DNA from: Heptranchias perlo | Taxonomy: Eukaryota | Direction: 5' to 3' | Assembly (NCBI RefSeq): GCF_035084215.1 | Contig: NC_090350.1 | Span: 11,842,001-11,906,000 of the forward strand | DNA length: 64,000 bases | Part shown: positions 22,456 through 36,597 of the stretch, in pieces | How the letters are laid out: every line of letters begins with the position of its first letter | How positions within the stretch are numbered: position 1 is the first letter of the stretch | Made by a program: the position numbers and the translations under genes | Notes under the pieces: model-generated | What the model was told of the DNA's origin: nothing | Seen by the model: only the letters and a program-made list of their open reading frames with translations | The model's database searches: none

Positions 22456-23937
22456 CCAAAGGTGGAAAAGGATTTGGAGTTAATTATTGATGATTCATTG
22501 ATCATTTTCACTAATGGCTAATCAAGTGCTAGGATGATCTTCAGGCCATTGGATTATAAATCTAAACAAATTAATCCAACCCTATAAGAATGACTGGTGA
22601 GGCCATATTTAGAATATTGTGCACACTTTTAAGCACCTCATCTTTAAAACATTGTTATGTTGGAGATGATTGATTGATTGAAGCTCTGGGCTCTGAAGAG
22701 AGATCTGCAGAGCTGAACTTACTTTAATTAATTCAAAGACTTCAGAGCACAGATAATATGGCAGGCACCCAAAAATTTGGGCATGAAGGTCTCCAGTGTG
22801 CCTAAGATACTCGGCATGTGCCAATGTGAGTGAAAAGCACAATAAGGGCTGGGTGTCAGCACACAAGACTTTCATTTTAAGTTAATTACCCCTCTCATAA
22901 TGGGGTTGCAGTGCCTGAGCAGCAGTCCAACTGCAGAGTGCCTGTTTGTGCCCCTCCTCCACAATATCGATGCTCCCAATGTCTGTTACCCCCCCCCCCC
23001 CCCAATTACTTCCTGTCCCATGCTCACACCCTGTGCCTTATGTCCCCCCCCACCCCCTCCTCCCACACCAGGAAAGTGGCCAGTGCACAATGGGCAGCCT
23101 GCAGCCCTTCACTAGCTGCTGGCATCCAATGATGCAGCCTCCGGTGTTCCAGCATGTTGTATGAGTGACACCTGCAGCATTAATAAATTATGCGAATTGG
23201 CTGATACCACATTATGCAAGGTCACAGCTGCCAATCATGAGGAGCTCGGAACACAATATCGGCCCTTAGAAGTTGAAGAGCGCCGATAGCGTTCTGTAAC
23301 TCTTCTACATGTGGCTGGATTAAGAACAATTGTCGTTGGGCTGGACAGTGCCCTTGACAGCTTGGGCATGGTGTACCAATCTGCTGTAGAGTACCATGAT
23401 GTGGTAGGGCATGGAACAGAGCAGCCAGCCACTTTGTCAACAAGAGAACAAGTGTGGGGCAGGGTTAAAAGGAGAAGAGAACTGGTAGCGTTGCAGCCGT
23501 AACAGCAACCTGAAAGTTATTTTTGATGACTGCTCAGTATAGGTGAGAAAGAGGATCGCAATTTGCGCTGAAATTGTGGATTTTGCATAGGAGTAAAATT
23601 GGCTGTTAGTTCTGCCACTCTGATAGGGAGAGAGTAAAGGAAGCAGCGTCTTTGGTGAAAGGAAATGTGTTGCACAGTCTGTTATTCGCTGCTTAATGAA
23701 CAACCAACTTTATTGTTAAGGCAGTGCTTCAAAGTGGGCTGTCAGCTATTTGTGACATTAATTTCTTTGCTGAGGTACTGTAATTGTGCACCAGGTTTTT
23801 ACTCAGTAAGTTGTACTGCTGAAATTAGCTCACAGTTGAGCACCATACATTGATCAGGAGCTCATCATGTAGAATCGCGAACCCTTGTTAGGATTGCTAT
23901 GGTATATTTTATTGGAGCAACAGCCCAGTGCTCCTCT

Positions 23938-24210
23938 ACAACAACAACAATTTGCATTTATATAGTGCCTGTAACGGTAGTCCCGAGGCGCATCACGGGA
24001 GCGTAATGAGACAAAAATTTGACACCAAGCCACATAAGTAGATATTAGGACAGGTGACCAAAAGCTTAATCAAAGAGGTACGTTTTAAGGAGCGTCTTAA
24101 AGGAGGGGAGAGAGGTTTGGAGAGGGAATTCTAGAGCTTAGGGTCTAGATAGCTGAAGGCACGGCTGCTAATAGTGAAGCGATGAAAATCGGGGATGTGC
24201 AAGAAGCCAA
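23938..24210 (-). mobile_element. L2 LINE 3' end
   Basis: (aca)n tail plus ttgcatttatatagtgcc, the reverse complement of the L2 tails at 39280-39310 and 58090-58115. Confidence 0.7.
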
Positions 24211-27200
24211 AGTCAATGAATTGTGAATTGGTAAACATTGCATCAGTTGATGTTTGGCTTTCTTGAATCCAGATGTATAGCTTTTCGAATGTAATTTTAG
24301 TTGCTTCATTAAGATACAGTGTGTTGTGTTACATGGCTGGTTTCAAGGATTGTCACAAATAGTCTTTCACTTTCACTCTTAAGGGGAGGTTTTGGGCTGG
24401 AGAAGAAAAATTGGATCATTTTCTGTTTCCTCATCTTTACTCTTCTAGTCGTTCCTCTTTGGTTTTGTTGATTCCTTTGATCTTTCTGTAGAAATTATAT
24501 TGAGTTTTGGGTCAAGATGACCTGCATAGAACATGTGCTATCAAGGTTTATGATGAGAACTTTTCCAAGACAGATGCAGAGTGCAGGAGGTATTAAAGGG
24601 GAATCCCACTCTTTTTTTATGTTTATCTTGGTGGCTAAGAGGATTAATACCAACTAATTCAGACCAGTCAGGCGCCAACTTTGATTCCGAGTCTATGCTG
24701 AATCTGCCAATCTCAGTTAGGCCACTCCCTAACCTCTGACTTAAGGAGGGAGAAAAAAATCAACCAGGGTTCTCCTGGGAAGTATCCAATGCCTCCCAGC
24801 TGTGTGAACATCAAAAGAGAGCAGAATCAGGCTTAGCTGTAAACCTACTATAGCCAAATCGCATACTGACACTCACTTCCAAGTTAGCATGAAGAATAAC
24901 TGCTTAGGTGAAATACTGGGGAGCCATTGATGCCATGGAACCATACTCGAGAATAAAATCCCCTTCATGAGAGAACATTTGGTGAAGTGGGAGGTGTTGG
25001 TAAGTATATGATGTTTCCTCCAGAGGGGAAATTAGATATTAAGAGTCCTACTTGGTTATGGTTTTGTAAGAGAGACCATCTTTTTACTGACCAAAGGAAG
25101 TCTAAGGAAAAGAAACTCCTCTGGGGGGAGATGCAGGCTCATTTATGTTACTAAACCATTGACCTGGAGGATCAGGGAGACAGGAGAGGGATTCGTCTCC
25201 TCACAACAATTTGCAAAACAGAACAGGGAAACCCTTTCACTTTGAAACATAGAAACGTCAGTGACGAATTTTAAAATAGTGAACATTATGAGATAGAATC
25301 TAAGAGTGTAAAAAATGATCGATCATGTTCATGTTGATGCATCAAGCCTAGTTCTTCCACAGATTATGTACAATCTGCCCTAACACGACCCCATCAAAGC
25401 CATTTAACCTTTGTGGAAAGACTCTACAAAGGTCTCTGCTCTTTCTTTCCCAACAGTAAATTAAGAGAAATATCAGAATATCTTTCCAATTTCATTTACA
25501 TTGTTCACCCTTGACCAATGGCTTTCCTTGGCATACCTCCATGGTACCAGATGTTCATGTGCCACACAGCATTTGGCCATCTGCATCTGAATTTATCCTT
25601 CACCCTCAAACCTTTTCCGAACCAGATGGTCATGCAGCTCTGTTTTTAAAGGTGTTAATCGACAAAGTATTAATTGCTTTGGCCAGGAGTCTGTTCTACA
25701 TTATTGGGGCTGGGAGGTGCAGTCTTGAATAGATTAAAACCAAGTAGTCAAATAAAACCTGTTATAGAACAACAGAGTGCAAAGGGAAGGGCCATTTATG
25801 TACTTGCCTGGGATACACACATTTGCTTTTAAGAGATGCTCAGAATGTGTCTGAACTCTGCAGGTCAATGTCATCTAGTGCAGTTGAGCCTACTTGTAGT
25901 TGGCTGAGAATGAATTAATACAAGCCCATATGCTGCTCGTTTATTATTTGTTTTTGCATTGGAAGGAACTTGTTTTGTTAACCTTAGTGTTTACTTTCTC
26001 CTGTTGGAGTGGGAGGGTAGTGTTGTTTCCATTCAACATATTTCCACGGTGAGTTTGATTATTAAGCAAGTGTACATTGTTTCATGGCGATCATCTCCTC
26101 AAATGGAATTCTACTGTAATTATTCCAAATGATGAGCTGAAAAATTCTCGTACTGTTCTACATGTGCCTAACCATAGCTGTATCTGGGTTAATAGCATTC
26201 TCCTAAGTTCAAGTTGTGTGTATACACTGAGAGGAGTCTGTAGAGAGATTGATGAGATTCATGTATATGATATAAAGTGATGAGCAGAAGCTAATAAGGT
26301 AGCTGTTCTGAAATGGTTATGGTTCGCAAGGTTAATGAGGGTATGTTTAAGTATTGCAGTTAAGTAACGATGCTTCTGATACAGGAAGTGGGTGTATGAG
26401 GTTTAAAAGAATTGTCCAGAAAGTTCAATTTTTTTTTAACTTGCACCTCTTTACAGTACAACTATAAACACACAGCATATTCACTAGTGTACATTGGTGG
26501 TGGAAAGAGGGACATTGTCCTTAATTATGGTAGCACAAGACACCAGATTCATCTCTCCTTCTCTCTTTTCCCCACAGGCCAACAGCAGGCTATAAGTTTG
26601 TGCTTTTTGGGGGCAGTATTGCTGCTGGCCGTTAGCTCTGCGAGTATGCACCTAGCACAGGCCCTACTGTGGTGTGGTGACCAGAGCTGAACACAGTACT
26701 CCCAGTGCGGTCTAGCCAGTCCACTTTAAAGCCTTAACATAACCTCTGCATGCTTGTATTCTGGTTTTACTTGCTGGCATCCTGTTAGCTTTTTAAAAAA
26801 TTGCCTCATCCGTTTATGTGGGCGCTGCAAATCATCTGTCTGCTCTTACTCCCTGTGTTAATTCACTTCCATTCATTGTACACTTATGACGCACAGTTTT
26901 TTTTGATGTTTCTTAATGTTAAATTAAATTTGCCAATTGTCTGCCCAGTTGCATAACCAATTTAAATCCTTCTGCAAATCTTTAGCTGTAACCTTTCCCT
27001 CTTTTAATATGATCAGCAAGTTTGACGAGGTGTTTTCGGTTTCTATACCCAGTTCGTTTATATTGATTGCTAAATGTTGTGTACCTCTGAAGCGGGAATT
27101 GATCACCCATAATCAAATTCTGCTCTTGCTGCACACAAGATAGGACCAATCCATTGATGGTCCCTGTTGTTTTAAGGATTTTAGCAGTAGTGCATCCTGC

Positions 27201-27798
27201 AAAATGTAACGCATACGTTACTCCCGAGCTTTTGCTTTTCTCCCCAGCTCTTTTATTACGTAGAAATAGCATTGCACCTGTATAGGCAAGTCACTCCTGG
27301 TTCTTTACTAATAGTGCTTTCCTACTGCTGTCTAGCCCTGCCTGTGCGCCATCTATTCACTCAACAATACTTTGCACATATTTTTCTGTTGGTGTTGCTG
27401 CCACTGCTGCTGCTGCTGCCATTACCGCCATTGCTGCCATTGCTGCTCCCAGTAAGTACTGAGCTGCTTAAGGATTAGTTTATGTTTATTCCTGATTTTA
27501 TGATTAGCCTGAATGTAGATAGTTGTTTAGTTCAGCTTCGTACTTGTTTTTATATAGCAGGGCTGCAATTGGTCTATGCCAGTGGTGCGAAATGGGCTCA
27601 TGGCGAATTGTCAGTCCGTTTTGCACCATTTTCTTTTCCTTGGAAAGTCCGCTTCCCTGAAGTATTTTAGTGAAACTGTTTGATTTTTATGACAATCCAA
27701 CAACTTTCATGGTCATTTTTTTTCTGGTGCTGGTCCATAAATTTCCAGACTTATTGAATTTAGTTTCACAACTTCCTATGGTGGGATTTGTACTCTTG

Positions 27799-28521
27799 GG
27801 AGTAAATTTTAACCCCCAAGTACGGGTGGGGAGTAAAAATATTCTGTTTTCAGAGCGGTCCGCATCCCGGCTCCAACACGCCTGCTTCTGAGTTTAACCC
27901 AGGCAGATTGTCTGCATGTGGCGAGCAGACACCAGGAAGTCCCGCCCCCACTTAAAGCCGGCGGGCCGGTACTTAAAGGGGCAAGGTATCTCATTGGGAT
28001 ACTTGAGGTATTGGAATAATAAAATAAATTTAACCTTGTCCAGGTTTCCCATTGCTTCCGATTCACGTCAGGTGAAAGCAGGTGGGAAGGGCCGGATCCA
28101 TGAGATGAGTGCCTTTATTGCACTGCTTGTGTATCGGGAGGAGCAGGAGTGCTTCATCCATGCCCGACAAGCTCAGCTGACCGCCAGGAACTCCGCGATC
28201 GGCCGAACAACCCCCCCCCATCTCAAATGGTGGGCCCCCAACTATCTCCGACTCTTCACCCGACCTCCAGCAATCTCTGATCTTCTCCTCAGCCCCCCCG
28301 ATCTTCTCCCCCGCCTATGATCCCTCCCTCCCTCTGATCCCTGGCTGCAGCCTGCTGCAGCAGGCCTTCCTGTCAATCAGGCTGGCCGTCAGGCCCGAAA
28401 CTTGGAAGTGCAATTGATGGGCCTCATTAAGGTCGCACGCGCCATCCACTTACCTTCTGGGTTTTGCACCTGGAAATTTCTTCCTCCCCTCCCCCTAGCT
28501 CTGAAAGTTAAAATTTACCCC
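27799..28521. mobile_element. GC-rich MITE (Harbinger-like TIRs)
   Basis: ggagtaaattttaac / gttaaaatttacccc terminal inverted repeats. It splits an older repeat. Confidence 0.65.
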
Positions 28522-29469
28522 ATGATCTCTGGAACTCAGTGCCCTGGGCTAGGGACAGGATCCATCAGCCATGGTTCTCACTCCTGATGACTAACCAGTG
28601 AACCGAGCTGGGGAGTCCACGTGTGTGAATGATGGACGAAAGCAGGGTGAAGCTTGCTTATGATGGCTTTTACGGTCACATAGCCCACTGACACTTGCTG
28701 CCTAGTGCACCCTTTATAGATTTTCACTGGTGAATTAAAGTCAGCAGTAACATCTGTTCTGTAACTGCTTCCCTTATTTGACAAATGGGTGCATCTGTTC
28801 CTATAAATGCAAATCTTACTTGAGTGAAATGTTCTTGTTCCCCTCTCTCCCCTTGACATAGTGGTCTATAGCAGATGCCTGAAGTTAGTTTTCTTCCCCT
28901 CATGTCTCTTGCCCTTTCCCATAAAGATCCCACCTTATCCACACCCGGACCAGACAAGTCCATCTCCATTATTGTATTCCGAATGGATGTATTGTGTTTT
29001 CAGAAATGGGATTTGTTAGCTTCCCCGACTTTTTCCCCTGATTCCTGAAGCTGGTGACTAATGTCGGGGGTCTATGGTTCCCTGGCCCTCAGATGCTCTT
29101 CATTACCTCATCAAGAAACCATTCTTCAGGTGTACGCATGAGTAGTGACTGTCAGCAAGCTGGTCAGCTACAGGAAGGTATCACTGGCAAGTGTGATCCT
29201 GTGCTCACATTACATCCACTACCCACGCATATACACAGCGGTCATTAATACTGATTGGCAGCGAGAATCATTGTTGACTTTGTTTCCCTGTCTGACCCAG
29301 GGAGACAGAGACCAATCAAAGCAAACCCCTCTTCCCCTGTCACTGTCATACTGGCTGACATTGGTTAACTCAATGTGGACCAAGGAATTGAACCTGGGAT
29401 CTTCCTGCTGCTCATGCTATTAATGCTTTCCTTTATGTGAACATTATGCATTTTTCTGTTTAATTGCAG

Positions 29470-29560
29470 GCGATACTGATCTGCTGGCAGCTGTACATGA
29501 TGGTGAACAGGGGGACAGTCACAATCATGAGGATGGCTATGTTGAGTCTACTCCAGAAAA
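29470..29560 (+). CDS. INPP5B: INPP5B linker exon (phase 1 to 2)
   Basis: ttgcag|...|gtaaga; DTDLLAAVHDGEQGDSHNHEDGYVESTPEK; in frame with the next exons. Poorly conserved sequence. Confidence 0.6.
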
Positions 29561-29915
29561 GTAAGAGTTAGTGATACAATATAGTTATAAAATTAATTTA
29601 CATTTGTTATGTTTAGTGTTTTAATGACATAAATTAAACAGTTGAATGATGTCGCCCAATTTAATTTTGTTTTTCATTCTATTTAAACATCTAAGCCTAG
29701 AAATTAGTATTTATGTATTGGCATATGAATGCTTAATGTGTTTACATGTTTCAATGGAGGCTAAATTGGCTAGCGCCTCCATTAAACAGCGAACAAAGTA
29801 ATTAATGTGATACAATTATTTCAAGCATTGTACACTGATGTTGCACCTTGTAATTTATAGGCAATCGTATCTAGAACATTGCTCTTGTTTAAAAGTACAT
29901 TTCCACTCTTTGTAG

Positions 29916-29984
29916 GTATCCCTCTGACCTAGAATCATGTTCTGAGGCCTCTGCCAGTTCCACTGCAAGCCTCCCTGCTATGAG
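29916..29984 (+). CDS. INPP5B: INPP5B linker exon (phase 2 to 2)
   Basis: ttgtag|...|gtatgt; YPSDLESCSEASASSTASLPAM; open and phase-compatible on both sides. Confidence 0.6.
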
Positions 29985-30884
29985 GTATGTGAGAGCAAAG
30001 AAAAGTCAGTGTTGGTGTGAATGTAGCTAGTGAAGATATTTGTGTGGATTTGTTTTGAGGATTTAATTTTGAGGCTGTTTTGCAATACTGTTTTGACGTG
30101 TTTAATTGCTTTATTGTTGATGAGCTTGTGTGTGTTTTTTCCCATTAAGTGCTTTTTCTTACTGCTGTTTTCTTTTTCATGAAATTTGAGCAACAGTGTG
30201 TCACCTAGTCACGTGATGTATCTCACAATGGTCCAAAATAAACCTGTTAAAAAAAAGTTGTTCTGTAGCTCTCCCCAAGCCACACCCACTATGTCGGCTT
30301 CGATACTGCAGGGCAGCCCTCTGCAATAACCTGCCCCACAGAGGCAGTGCTGACAGATGTGTCCCAGACAAGGTGGGGCTTCCCATTATGGGATTTAGCT
30401 AAATTCCACAGTAGGAGGTGCACTTATCAACTCAGCCATTGGAGAAACAGCTAAATATTTCCTACGGGGATATTAAAGTGGCAGACATTTCTTGTGGAAG
30501 ACTTGCATTCTGTGGAAGTTCTTACTGGCAGTGAGCAGCAACGGGTAAAAGTACCTTTTAACATAATTTTACTGAAAGATTGTACATCAGAGCTTGTTTT
30601 GTGTAACTTGTCTGCCACTCGGATTAAAAGTTCCATGTATAAGGATGGCTAAGACATTAAACATGTATTATTAGAATGACTGGCTTGCCATGAGTTGTGT
30701 GGCAGTCGTCAATGATTCTGATGTGACTGGTTGTCACCCTCAGTATCCTGCAAGTCTGCAGGAAATGGCCAGATAATCTCCTCTTTACTTTTCATAATGA
30801 GGACAACAGCAGTGTTTTTACTCTAGTTTGTCCTTGCTTTTTTTTAGAGCAGAGGTAGATACAAATCCATTAAAGATGTTTTTA

Positions 30885-31177
30885 GAATCATAGAATCATA
30901 GAAGTTTACAACATGGAAACAGGCCCTTCGGCCCAACATGTCCATGTCGCCCAGTTTATACCACTAAGCTAGTCCCAATTGCCTGCACTTGGCCCATATC
31001 CCTCTATATCCATCTTACCCATGTAACTGTCCAAATGCTTTTTAAAAGACAAAATTGTACCCGCCTCTACTACTGCCTCTGGCAGCTCGTTCCAGACACT
31101 CACCACCCTTTGAGTGAAAAAATTGCCCCTCTGAACCCTTTTGTATCTCTCCCCTCTCACCTTAAACCTATGCCCTA
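30885..31177 (-). mobile_element. CR1 3' fragment
   Basis: RGNFFTQRVVSVWNELPE...FKKHLD plus (ttctatga)n tail. Confidence 0.85.
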
Positions 31178-31409
31178 TCTAATATAAATTTATTTTTAAG
31201 CTATTATTTACTTGGCTTTCAACAGAGGCACCTATTCCACTGTTGAATAACTGTGATGTAGGAATGGCTGAATATCCTAGTGCTGTTGCATGATTTACAT
31301 TTGGCAGATCAGAATGTATGCAGAGCTTTCCCCAGTGACTAATAGATGGGGCACATCCCATGGTAGGATAGATTATTCACATTGTGTGGAAGGAGCAGGC
31401 ATCAGGAAC

Positions 31410-31640
31410 TGAGCGATATTTTTCCTGGTCAATATTTATCTCTCAACCAACATCACTAAAACAGTTTATCTGGTCATTATCACATTGCTGTTTGTGGGAC
31501 CTTGCTGTGCACAAATTGGCTGCCGCGTTTCCCTACATTACAACAGTGACTACACTTCAAAAGTACTTATTTGGCTCTAAAGCGCTTTGGGACATCCTGA
31601 GGTTGTTAAAAGTACTATATAAACGCAAGTCCTTCTCTTC
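31410..31640 (+). mobile_element. SINE 3' half
   Basis: tgtgggaccttgctgtgcacaaattggctgccgcgtttcc...ctttgggacatcctgagg; same family as 63570-64000. Confidence 0.65.
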
Positions 31641-31682
31641 CTCCCAGCCCCCCCAATCCCCTCCTCGGCTCCTCCTTCCCTT

Positions 31683-33704
31683 CCCTACCAAATCTAGAGC
31701 CCCCTGGATGTCAAGAAGCATTCAGGATAAGATAAGGCAGTAAAAGAAAGCTGATGATAGACACCGGGAACTCAATACTACAGAAAGCTAACAGGAGTAT
31801 ACAAAGTGCAGGGGTGAAGTTAAAAAGGAAATTAGGAAAGCAAAGAGAGGGCATGAAAAAATTTTAGGAGGTAGAATCAAAGAAAACCCAAAGATGTTTT
31901 ATAAATATATTAAGAGCAAGAGGATAACTAAGGAAAGAGTAGGGCCTATTAGAGACTAAAAAAGTAAACTATGTATGGAGGTGGAAGATGTGGGTATGGT
32001 TATTAATGAATACTTTGCAAAGGAGAGGGATGATGCAGGGATTGAAGTTAAGGAAGAGGAGTGTGAAATATTGGATTGGATAAACATAGTGAGAGAGGAA
32101 GTATTAAGGGGATTAGCATCTTTGAAAGTGGATAAATCACCAGCGCCAGATGAAATGTATCCCAGGCTGTTAAAAGAAGCGAGAGAGGAAATAGCGGAGG
32201 CTTTAACAATCATTTTCCAAACTTCCAAACTTTACTGGATATAGGCATAGTGCCGGAGGATTGGAGGACTGCTAACGTTGTACCATTGTTTAAAAAGGGA
32301 GCGAAGGATAGACCGAGTAATTACAGGCCAGTCAGCCTAACCTCAGTGGTGGGCAAATTATTGGAATCAATTCTGAGGGACAGCATAAACTGTCACTTAG
32401 AAAGGCATGGACTAATCAAGGATAGTCAGCACAGATTTGTTAAGGGGAGGTCATGTCTGACTAACTTGATTGCATTTTTTGAGGAGGTGACAAGATCGAT
32501 CGATGAGGGTAGCGTATTTGATGTAGTCTACATGGATTTTAGCAAGGCTTTTGACAAGGTCCCACATGACAGATTGGTCAAAAAAGTAAAGGCCAATGGG
32601 ATCCAAGGGAATGTGGCAAATTGGATCCAAAATTGACTCAGTGGCAGGAAGCAAAAGGTAATGGTCGACAGGTGTTTTTGCAACTGGAAGGCTGTTTCCA
32701 GTGGGGTGCCGCAGGGCTCAGTAATAGGTCCTTTGCTTTTTGTGGTATACTTTAACGATTTGGACTTAAACGTAGGGGGCAGGATTAAGAAATTTGCGGA
32801 TGACACAAAGAAAGGCCGTGTGGTTGATAGTGAGGAGGAAAGCTGTAGATTGCAAGAGGATATCAATGGACTGGTCAGATGGGCAGAAAAGTAGCAAATG
32901 GAGTTCAATCCGGAGAAGTGTGAGGTAGTGCATTTGGGGAGAGCAAACAAGGTAAGGGAATACACAATAAATGGGAGGATACTGAGAAGTGTAGAAGAAC
33001 TGAGGGACTTGGAATGCATGTCCACAGATCCCTGAAGGTAGCAGGACAGGTAGATAAGGTGGTTAAGAAGGCATATGGAATGCTTTCCTTTATTAGCTGA
33101 GGCATACAATATAAAAGCAGGGATGTTATGCTGGAACTCTATAAAACACTAGTTCGGACACAGCTTAGGTACCGTGCACAGTTCTGGTCGTCACATTACA
33201 GGAAGGATGTAATTGCACTAGAGAGGGTGCAGAGGAGATTTACAAGGATGTTGCCAGGACTGGAGACTTTTAGCTATGATAACAGATTGGATAGGCTGGG
33301 GTTGTTTTCCTTGGAACAGAGGAGGCTGAGGGGTGATTTGATTGAGGTGTATAAAATTATGAGGGGAGTGGATAGGAAGGGCCTATTTCCCTAAGGGGAA
33401 AGGTCAATAAACAGGGGGCATAGATTTAAAGTGATTGGTAGAAGGATTAGAGTGGAAATGAGGAAAATATTTTTCACCCAGAAGGTGGTGGGGGTCTGGA
33501 ACTCACTGCCTGAGAGGGTGGTAGAGGCAGAAACCCTCAACTCATTTAAAAAATACCTGGATGTGCACCTGAAGAGCCATAACCTGCAGGGCTATGGACC
33601 AAATGCGGGAAAGTGGGATTAGGCTGGGTGGCTCGTTTCTCAGCCGGCGCGGACACGATGGGCCGAATGGCCTCCTTCTGTGCCGTAAATTTTTCTATGA
33701 TTCT
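31683..33704 (+). mobile_element. 5'-truncated CR1 LINE with a complete but mutated RT region
   Basis: PEDWRTANVVPLFKKG, NYRPVSLTS, YMDFSKAFDKVPH, GVPQGSVIGP, KFADDTK, FFTQKVVGVWNSLP, tail ttctatgattct. Confidence 0.93.
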
Positions 33705-34822
33705 TACCTCCTCCTTCACTCCCTCCTTCCCTCCTTTTCTCCCTCCTTCCCCATTCTACCAAAGCAGTTAAAAATGGGACCTTTTCAGTCGACAAAAATG
33801 TTGATAGCACCAGTGGTGTATGAAGTGTATGACAAGGCTGCCTGCCCACCTGAGTCCCAGTGTTCCTGAAGGCTTCTCCCATCAGTTACTCCACTTACTT
33901 GCACATTACTTTAACTATGAACATGTTTAAATTACCACTATTCTGCTTTCCTCACCTGCTTGATCATAGAGGAAGTTACCAAATTAGTATAGTAACCAGA
34001 TGGCCTTGCAGTCGTACTCCAGTTACTAGAATTGTTTAAAATTAGGGTCTGAGTCAAGGTTTTTCCATAACTCTTATCTGTCACATTTGCTTATTTTTGA
34101 AAACTTAAAATCCAGTTGCTTTCATTAAACTTTTTGCCTCAGTGAGCATGCAACCTAAGGTTAATGTCGGTTGAATTCTGTGCTTAAAAAACAAGTTAAA
34201 AACCATCGTCAGGGTTAAAATTCACTGAAGGCAGTGATGGAGGTGATTACATGGAATTACGTCAAAATTACAACACGGAAACAGACCATTTGACCCAGCT
34301 AGTCTGTGTTGGTGTTTATCTTCCACATGACCAAGCCCATGTGCCCACTCTGTTTCCATTTCCCTTTATTCCCCTTTCCTTCAACTACCTATCTCACCCA
34401 TTCTTAAATATTGACTTGGACTCTGCTTTAATCACTAACTGCTAGTGCATTCCACAGCCTCACTGTGTTTAAAAAAAAAAATTCTCCTGCTTTCTGTCCC
34501 AATCTCCTACATTTAATCTTATATCTATGTTCCCTTCTTCTAGACCCCTCAATCACTGGAAATTTTCTGTCCCATCCCTTCACTTCCTCTATTCAAATAA
34601 AAACAGCCCCAATTTTTCAAGTACTTCTTTATATCTGTATTTCCACCTTATTGTGCTGTATCCTCTCTATTGCCACAACATCCTTCCTATAGTGTGGAAC
34701 CCAGAACATCCAACTGTGGTCTGACAAAGGTTTTATATAGATTCACCATTATATCTTGTCATTTATATTCCATACCTTGGGACATTTAAGATGGTAGCAA
34801 AATATTTTGCTTGGGTTTCAAG

Positions 34823-34993
34823 GCCTGATAAAATGAAGCCCGACATAACCGATGACATGGTCCGCAACGCCAACGTGATGGCTACAAGCAAAGCTCATAT
34901 CCTCGGGATGCCACAATTTGGCCTGCGAGACAATCTGATCAAATCTGAGTTGCTGAAGCAAGAAGAGAAGTACATTTACATCAGGAACTACAG
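34823..34993 (+). CDS. INPP5B: INPP5B exon preceding the catalytic domain
   Basis: PDKMKPDITDDMVRNANVMATSKAHILGMPQFGLRDNLIKSELLKQEEKYIYIRNYR resembles human SEITDMVRS...KAHILSMQKFGLRDTIVKSHLLQKEEDYTYIQNFR; ag|...|gttagt. Confidence 0.92.
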
Positions 34994-35279
34994 GTTAGTT
35001 TAAATGCACTCCGCATATACTGTGCAGTCGCAATGTGAAGCTCCACCTCTAATTATAAATATCTAGCTTTGCTCAGCTGTGTGCTGAAACAAGTTGTATT
35101 TGGACAAACAGCAGTGCCGCTTTAACTGATAGATTGGGTTTGTACAGCTGAGTGTATGCACCCCACGACCCCAAACAGACACAACAGAGGAGATTTTCTG
35201 CACGCGCTTGGAGAACATATCGGGAAATCTCCCCAAGATGCTTAATGATAGATCAGATGCTGTACCTGTTTCAATGTGG

Positions 35280-35843
35280 GAATTAGAGAAAGAATTTTAA
35301 CATCACCTGGCGGAAACTGGGTGATCGAGGGTGCAGTTAGCATGGAGCGGAATACTCGTCTGCTGGCCTTCCGCCCCGATCCTGCCAACTGCAGGTTTAT
35401 ATTGCAGGTGCCAAGGACACCTGCCCGAAGCCGGAAGGGTATTTGTTTAAATTTGTAGTTCGGGCTCCAATGTCATTATCGGGGCACAACTGAAATCTTA
35501 ACCCCAAGCCTATGTAGGGAAACACCAGGCCAAACCTGTCAGAAAGCAGACCTAGGGGCAGAAGAGGCCCAGCATGGTAAGTTACTTTACATTTTTTGCA
35601 GTTCCCTTGTGGACCCAGGAGCAGCTTGAGTGCATTTCTGGGCCCCACAAAGAAACCTTGGGCCTTCCCTGTCCCTCCCCCGAATGCGATCCCCTCCCTA
35701 CACCCCTCCTGATCACTTGCTTTACTGCCAGGGACCGTTGTTTCTGGTACCCAGCGGCTCCTGCTGCCCGGTTTTAGTGGCCAGCCATCTGCTTCCTGCC
35801 GCTTGCTAGGGTGCCTTCCCACCCAGGAGTTAAAATCAACCCC
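35280..35843. mobile_element. Degenerate GC-rich MITE-like element
   Basis: ...aattttaac start and gttaaaatcaacccc end resemble the termini of the elements at 27799 and 61187. Confidence 0.4.
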
Positions 35844-36495
35844 AGGGGTCTATAAGGGAGAATTTTTCTTTCCTCTAACCATATGAAAACATTAGACTGC
35901 TCTGCGTCTACCTTGGAGGTCCATAGCACCAGCGTGGTACATCCAATATTTATGTGCGCTAAACATGTCATTCAGTAAGGGAACTCAGACTAATGCAGAA
36001 ACTGGTTTGCATTGAAGATCATTGTTTGCTTCTATTAATCTGCACCTTCACTTGGTTTCATCCTTGTAACTGAGATATTATGACTGTTACTTGTATGCGC
36101 TACAGACGCACATGGGCAGTTTGGCTGAGTTTCTCACACATCCCATTCACTCCACTCATCAAGCATAAGGAAAAACACTGTAGAAGCGCTGCGCAAGCTA
36201 CCAGGGTCTTCCAAAAGTCATCTACAGTAGTGTACCTACCTAATGCATTAGGTCTACACTCGTACATATACATCGCAGTCTAAGATGTATGCCATGTGTG
36301 TTGAACATGACATGCTGTAATTGTAAATCATTTGCAAATGCTTTTTTTCCCTGTAGGCTAATGACATCACTTTACCCAACTAGTAACTTCACTGCAACAA
36401 CGAAAGGTACCAGGAGAGATCATGTTTGTGCCTTTGTGCGTTGCTTTAATTCTGCTTTTTGTATTCAAAAAGTATATATTTTTTGTTTTGTACAG

Positions 36496-36597
36496 GATTT
36501 TTGCAGGGACATACAATGTGAATGGCAAATCACCCAAGGAGGACCTGACGCCTTGGCTGAGCTTTGATAATGAACCACCTGATATCTACTGTATTGG
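36496..36597 (+). CDS. INPP5B: INPP5B exon, 5-phosphatase domain start
   Basis: [41 protein letters not shown] is INPP5B-type (OCRL has GTWNVNG). Confidence 0.96.

Noticed and set aside
27272-27478. Leu-rich ORF resembling a signal or TM peptide
   Set aside because: Produced by a (CTG)n-like low-complexity tract and has a non-ATG start.
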